33,721 nucleotides of DNA from Promethearchaeota archaeon (lineage in GTDB: Archaea > Asgardarchaeota > Lokiarchaeia > Sigyniarchaeales > SOKP01), in NCBI GenBank assembly GCA_013375475.1, contig JABXKD010000038.1:1-33721 (forward strand), given 5' to 3'. Position 1 is the first letter of the stretch, and each line of letters opens with the position of its first letter. The translations under genes and the position numbers were made by a program. The notes under the pieces are model-generated. The model was not told the origin of the DNA and did no database searches. It worked only from the letters and a program-made list of their open reading frames with translations. Shown here piece by piece: positions 28,311 to 33,721 of the stretch.

Positions 28311-28447
28311 ATATTTTAAAGAAAATTTGATATTTTAAAAGCAAAACTCTTTAATTTAATAAGTTAAATTATTCACAAAATCTTTATTGAATGCTTAAAA
28401 TTATATAAATATAGCTTTATTAAGGTTTAATTAAGGTTAATGTCATT

Positions 28448-29446
28448 ATGATACGGGATAAGATCATCGTTTTGGGCTCACTTGCATTTGACTATATTAT
28501 GAGTTTCGAAGAAAATTTTGTAAATGCTGTTTCTATAGATCACGAGAAAGAAGAATACCAAAGTACTGTTACTGCTAATAGTCGCGTCCAACGATTCGGC
28601 GGTACAGCCGGAAATATTGCGTACAATCTTGGATTACTTAATACATCAACGGTCTTGTTGCTTGGTTCTGTAGGAAATGACTTTAATACTCTGGGTTATA
28701 GAGATCATATAACAAAATTCCCCAACATTGATTTAAATGTTGATGTACAAGCCGATCTGTTTACCGCAGCATGTTATATAGTAAACGATAAGAAATCAAA
28801 TCAAATGATAATTTTTCATGGCGGTGCTTTAGATGAGAATAAGAACATAGATTTACGGCTGAAAATTAAAGACCCAGAACAATACGCTTACGCCATAAAT
28901 TCAACCCAAAGTGTTGATGCAATGAAAAAATTTGCAGATCAATTGAGTGATTTAAAAATACCAATGATATTTGATCCCGGACAAGTTACACCACTCTTTT
29001 CCAAAAGTGATTTATTAGATATATTAGAAAAATCTGAAATTTTAATAGGAAATTCATTTGAAATAAATCAAGTATTAAATAAAACAGATTTAGACGAACA
29101 GAACATTCTTAAACTTGCCAATACAATAATTAAAACCAAAGGCTCTAAAGGATCCGAATTGATATATAAAGCGGATTCTGGTGAATTAAAGCGCGTAGAG
29201 ATTCCTATTGCAATACCTGAGAAAAATGTCGACGCTACGGGTGCAGGAGATGCTTATCGCGCAGGATTTTTAACCGGATTAATATTAGATATGAAGTTAT
29301 TAGACGCTTGTAGATTAGGTTCCATATTAGGATCTTTTGTTGTTGAGACTAGCGGTGCTCAAACGCAAACTTATGACATTGCAAGCGTCAAAAAGCGGTT
29401 TCACAAAACTTATGAGTATATTCCTCCCGAATTAGAAAAAGTCTAA
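28448..29446 (+). CDS. PfkB family kinase, probably nucleoside/adenosine kinase
   Basis: GSLAFDYIM, FGGTAGNIAYNL, FDPGQ, DATGAGDAYRAG. Confidence 0.9.
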   Translation: MIRDKIIVLGSLAFDYIMSFEENFVNAVSIDHEKEEYQSTVTANSRVQRFGGTAGNIAYNLGLLNTSTVLLLGSVGNDFNTLGYRDHITKFPNIDLNVDVQADLFTAACYIVNDKKSNQMIIFHGGALDENKNIDLRLKIKDPEQYAYAINSTQSVDAMKKFADQLSDLKIPMIFDPGQVTPLFSKSDLLDILEKSEILIGNSFEINQVLNKTDLDEQNILKLANTIIKTKGSKGSELIYKADSGELKRVEIPIAIPEKNVDATGAGDAYRAGFLTGLILDMKLLDACRLGSILGSFVVETSGAQTQTYDIASVKKRFHKTYEYIPPELEKV

Positions 29447-29687
29447 TTTTCTAACTCCTTCGCTAAAAAAATTAGATGTGATATGATATCTAAATATCAC
29501 ATAAGCAAATAAAACGCCCTTACGAATTTTTAAATTGAACATTGTAAGGTTTGTTTTCCTAATAAGCAAGAATTAAGTAGACTAATAAAAAGAAAACATG
29601 CGCAATATAGTAACAAAAAACTAAGATTCTCCACTAATTTAAAAACAAAATATAAGATTATATAATTAAGAATACGGTTTAAGGATA

Positions 29688-30011
29688 ATGAACATGTCAA
29701 CTAACAACGAGAACTATGAACTTGATTATTATCTGAGTATAATTGAATTCTTTCAAAATCAAGACACAAACAGAGAAACAGTAGAGATTTGGAAAAATAA
29801 ATCGTTTATTCAACTAATGAAAGTATTGAAACGAACAGGAAACAAAGAGTTCGTAAAAAATGCCATTATCCTCATACTTTCCCTATTTGATAAAATGCCT
29901 CCAGATTTTTATTCAAGTAGGGGAATTCAAGTAAACTCGTTAACTAATAGCGAGAAGCTTACATATGTTAATCTACTTAAATCAGAAATTGCAAACGATA
30001 TTCCTAACTAA
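29688..30011 (+). CDS. Hypothetical protein
   Basis: 107-aa ORF with upstream TATA-like TTATATAA; alternative ATG at 29694. Confidence 0.7.
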   Translation: MNMSTNNENYELDYYLSIIEFFQNQDTNRETVEIWKNKSFIQLMKVLKRTGNKEFVKNAIILILSLFDKMPPDFYSSRGIQVNSLTNSEKLTYVNLLKSEIANDIPN

Positions 30012-30180
30012 GTATCGGATATAATAATTATCTAATTTAGCATTTCAATCATCACTTTTTAGGTTTAAACTTGTCAAAAAAACATCTTTCTACATTTCTT
30101 TCTTCTAACTTAAAACTTAAATTTATTAATTTTAGCTTTTATAAATTTTATAATTATTTTAATCGTTAACAGGGGATATT

Positions 30181-33100
30181 ATGAAAAAAGTTCCAAATAA
30201 TGTACTTTTAAAAAAAGCTTCAGCTCTAAGATTGGTAAGTCTTATAATAATATTAACTATATTCCTATCAAGTAGTCTTCTCATTCCAAATTTCAATAAT
30301 ATCACGGGGATAGATAGAAACTATGATAATTTTTCCCAAATACCCTCAATTGCAGATACTGATTCAGTATTATTTGAAGGTAATGAAATATCTTTAAATA
30401 TAACTGACTATGGAAATTTATATGAAACTGATCAGCAGATTGATGTAACTAATCAAGAAACCTTAAATCTTACTTATTACTTAGATAATGTTCATAATTG
30501 GGAAGTCTCAGAAGTTGAAACGCAGATTAACAATATTCAAGATGAGAGAGACTGGGTCGATAATGGGGTTATTGGAAGTGATACAGAACTTACGCCGACT
30601 TCTCAAGTTTCCCAATCTGAAGACTCAGGTCCTAGTTATGGAAAGAATTTAAATCCAAATAATTATTTGGCTACCTTTGACGGTAATGATTGTGATTATA
30701 TGCGAATTCATTTCGTACTCCTTGAAGTTGAATATTATTATGATGAATTATATATTTCTAACCAAGATAATACCGTTTTAGATAATTTTGCCGGATATTA
30801 CACCGATTTCTACACTCCCTGGTATAGTGCAACAGAACTAAAAATTTCCATGGCTTCCGATACTTCAGTAGAACTTTATGGCTATTCTGTAGACTTTTTT
30901 GAAACATATAATGGGAGTATGTTTACTCTTGATAGCACAAGTTGGAATTATTTCGAAGATACTATTAATGATCCATCTCGATTATATGGTGGAACTGCAG
31001 AAATTGGAAATCGATCAGCTCTTAGAACAGTGATTGAGGGGATTGATAATTCTCCTTCCTATTCATATGAAGACGGGGATATCGCCGGTTTCTATCAAGA
31101 CTTTACAATTCCAAGGGGGGAACTTATTGACGCTTGGGTGTCAATGGACTATAATCTTCTCAGAGGGATTACAACAAATGATAATTATGCATATATTAAA
31201 GTAAATGGAGAAACTGTTTACACTCGAGGATTTAGAACTATTACAAACGCTGGATTAGGACAATGGCACAGTACAGGTTTAATAAATTTGGACTTATGGG
31301 AAAATAGTTCGAGTATTTTCGATGAAGTACTCATTGGACAGAGTATCAATTTATCTGTTGGAATCGAGATTGGAAATGGAGTTGAATATACAGGATTCGA
31401 CCATTTAGATATTCAAGAGGCATATTTTGACAATATTCAATTAATCCTCAAAACAAGTGCAAATTCAACACAATCAGGAATAAATCTACAATTTAATAAT
31501 AGCATTTTAAATGATGATAATACTTGGGGTGTTTCTTATTTAAATTTAACAAGTAATTGGAATTCAAATCCGTTAACTTTAACAGTTACTACAAATTCAC
31601 CCTCCTTAACGTTCGATCTTGATACTTCCCTCTATGGGTATCATGAAACCAAATCACGAGTAGGCCAAACTACTTTAGAGGGTGTTTCTTATGAAATATT
31701 AGAAAATGGGACAATAATTTGGACCTTCCTTCATAACTTCTATATGCCATCACAATATTCTGACTTCGAGTTTACAATCTATAAACCCACAAACTGGAAT
31801 TTTATATCAGTTTTAGATTCAACATTACAATCTCGTCCATACGAATACGGCGGAGAGGGAGACTCTATCTTGCAAATAAGTAAAGACAATGCTCTCTTTC
31901 CTGGTTGGTGGACATTTAAGGCAACATCTCCTAATTACTTAAGTCTCACTAATACTAAATTGTCAAATCAAGAACCTTTTACAACAGGTGACTCTACTAG
32001 AATAAAAACGCAAGTAAATAATAGTAATGACATCCCTGGTAATATTGCTTCGACAGAAGTGAATTTGACGATATACGATCCAGAAGGAAATCAGTGGTAT
32101 TCAGAAGTAAATTCACCTCTATCAAATGGAACGGTTTTCTTTTCAGAAATTACTTTTTCTGCTTTAAACACGACCGGAGGTCAATTTGAGTATATATTAT
32201 TCTGGAGTAATGGAACTGCATTAGGTGGGCTTAAATCAAGCTTTATTGTAAATCATCTGAGCCAACTTAAACTGCTAAAACCTAACGACGCAAAAAGTGA
32301 CCTAAGAACTGATGGTTTCGTTGGTGACATAATCCCAGTAAGAGTTTTTCTAACAGACTTTGAAAATAATTTAACAATTTCAGATGCGATTGTTTCTTAT
32401 AATTGGACGGGTGGATCAACTCTTAACTTTACTGAAGCTGCTCTTGGAGTCTATGAGGCTATTCTTTATACTGAAGATTTAGCTTCGAGAGGCTTATACG
32501 AGATAGCAATAAGCTCGTCGAAACTAGGTTTTATTAATAGTAATCTTACGCTTAAAGTAAATTTAGGTGAAGAAACTGGCTTACAAAGGCTTGAATCTGA
32601 ATATAATATAGAGCTACACGCAAATAGTACTATTAAGTTCAAGTTTACCGATTTTAGTGGCGATGGCATTGATGGAGCAATAGTTAACATTAGTATAAGT
32701 AATCCATCGCATTATTCAATTGATAATGTTGGTAATGGGACTTATGATATTGAATTTAGTACGTCTTATATTACTAATATCGGAATATACCAACTGAACT
32801 TTAGCTTTTCGGCGACCGGGTATGAACCTCAGTATTACGTTTACCAATTTCAAATTATAGAACAATCAGTAAATCTTTCGGTTTTTATTAATTCGGTTCA
32901 AATTCAAGATAATTCTCTCCACGAAGTGACGTTTTTTGACATGATTAATGTTTCTGCTAAAGCGATGTCAATTATAGATGAAGAAGATATATCAGGAGGG
33001 AACTTTACTTGGATTAGTGCATCATACAACAAAGATTTGACAGAGCTCGCAAACTTCTGGTATAACACTTCGATTGAATGTCTACCAGGATCTTTTTCAT

Positions 33101-33721
33101 CGGGAATCAATTTTATTTATTTGAAGTTCGAACATTCGAATTATAGAACGCAAACGTTTGGCTTCGAAATCTTGATAGATCGAATTGAGTTTGAAGTCGA
33201 TATAGTTGATCACGAGGACTCAAACCCAACCATAAAAGCGGAAATAGGAGGGTCTTTAGTGCTTCAAATCGAATTGTTAGATATTGAAACTAGTCTCCCT
33301 ATCGAAAATGCATCGGTATTATACGAGTGGACTTATGGAGTTGGTGAATTGGAGGAAATATCTCCAGGTACATATCAACTAACAGTATCTCTCCCCGAAA
33401 ATTTACAGGGCAACTTTATATTCAATTTAATCATCTCAAAAGAGGGAACAGTATATAAAACAACACAAGCTTCATTTCTTTTAGTTATTGGTGAACCTCA
33501 ATTTCCCATATTTATCATATGGATTATTGTCGTAATCTCAGCTGTAATAATTGGTGTTCTAGGCGTACTCAGCTTGAGATCTTATGTAATTTTACCAAGA
33601 AGAAGAAAAAGAGAAGCAGAATTATTATCTCGAACCCAAAGGTTTAAAGATATCGAAAACATTCAAGCAATTGTAGCGATTCATAAAGACAGTGGAATAC
33701 CACTCTATACTAAAAGTTATT
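30181..33721 (+). CDS. Large type I membrane glycoprotein (signal peptide, CUB-like domain, Ig-like repeats, TM helix, cytoplasmic longin-like domain); runs off the window end
   Basis: Translated manually: 1180 stop-free codons from ATG 30181 (AGGGG upstream). MKKVPNN...LVSLIIILTIFLSSSLLIP signal; TM FPIFIIWIIVVISAVIIGVLGVLSL at 33502-33576; then PRRRKR and NIQAIVAIHKDSGIPLYTKSY. Absent from the ORF track because it has no stop in the window. Confidence 0.92.
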   Translation, partial: MKKVPNNVLLKKASALRLVSLIIILTIFLSSSLLIPNFNNITGIDRNYDNFSQIPSIADTDSVLFEGNEISLNITDYGNLYETDQQIDVTNQETLNLTYYLDNVHNWEVSEVETQINNIQDERDWVDNGVIGSDTELTPTSQVSQSEDSGPSYGKNLNPNNYLATFDGNDCDYMRIHFVLLEVEYYYDELYISNQDNTVLDNFAGYYTDFYTPWYSATELKISMASDTSVELYGYSVDFFETYNGSMFTLDSTSWNYFEDTINDPSRLYGGTAEIGNRSALRTVIEGIDNSPSYSYEDGDIAGFYQDFTIPRGELIDAWVSMDYNLLRGITTNDNYAYIKVNGETVYTRGFRTITNAGLGQWHSTGLINLDLWENSSSIFDEVLIGQSINLSVGIEIGNGVEYTGFDHLDIQEAYFDNIQLILKTSANSTQSGINLQFNNSILNDDNTWGVSYLNLTSNWNSNPLTLTVTTNSPSLTFDLDTSLYGYHETKSRVGQTTLEGVSYEILENGTIIWTFLHNFYMPSQYSDFEFTIYKPTNWNFISVLDSTLQSRPYEYGGEGDSILQISKDNALFPGWWTFKATSPNYLSLTNTKLSNQEPFTTGDSTRIKTQVNNSNDIPGNIASTEVNLTIYDPEGNQWYSEVNSPLSNGTVFFSEITFSALNTTGGQFEYILFWSNGTALGGLKSSFIVNHLSQLKLLKPNDAKSDLRTDGFVGDIIPVRVFLTDFENNLTISDAIVSYNWTGGSTLNFTEAALGVYEAILYTEDLASRGLYEIAISSSKLGFINSNLTLKVNLGEETGLQRLESEYNIELHANSTIKFKFTDFSGDGIDGAIVNISISNPSHYSIDNVGNGTYDIEFSTSYITNIGIYQLNFSFSATGYEPQYYVYQFQIIEQSVNLSVFINSVQIQDNSLHEVTFFDMINVSAKAMSIIDEEDISGGNFTWISASYNKDLTELANFWYNTSIECLPGSFSSGINFIYLKFEHSNYRTQTFGFEILIDRIEFEVDIVDHEDSNPTIKAEIGGSLVLQIELLDIETSLPIENASVLYEWTYGVGELEEISPGTYQLTVSLPENLQGNFIFNLIISKEGTVYKTTQASFLLVIGEPQFPIFIIWIIVVISAVIIGVLGVLSLRSYVILPRRRKREAELLSRTQRFKDIENIQAIVAIHKDSGIPLYTKSY

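Noticed and set aside
26843-28338. ORFs 26843..27073 and 28078..28338
   Set aside because: Antisense to the GTPase and ogg genes.
32466-33110. Minus-strand ORFs 32466..32690 and 32904..33110
   Set aside because: Shadows of the large plus-strand gene starting at 30181.
1-33721. tRNA, rRNA, CRISPR array, transposase, integrase or defence genes
   Set aside because: No regularly spaced repeats, cloverleafs, GC-rich RNA-like tracts or recombinase motifs seen by eye; a tRNAscan/Infernal run would be needed to exclude small RNAs.

Overview
AT-rich archaeal chromosome segment. It is most likely Asgard (Lokiarchaeia-like), inferred from GGTGA Shine-Dalgarno motifs, TATA-type promoters, oligo-T terminators, a Rab-like GTPase and longin-like motifs. 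The left two-thirds is a heterotrophic scavenging region: a sugar ABC transporter operon, GPH/MFS and AEC transporters, several hydrolases, BKACE, a 3-hydroxyacyl-CoA dehydrogenase-like enzyme and a serine racemase/dehydratase. The right third holds candidate signalling genes. These are two tandem 7-TM paralogues with a shared palindromic promoter site, a winged-helix protein, a uDENN/longin-like-Rab GTPase fusion, and a >1180-aa type I membrane protein (30181 to window end) missing from the ORF track. That protein has a signal peptide, a CUB-like domain, Ig-like stalk repeats, about 30 N-glycosylation sequons, one TM helix and the start of a cytoplasmic longin-like domain. No tRNA, rRNA, CRISPR array or mobile element was recognised. 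Domain calls come from motif recognition by eye, not from database searches.
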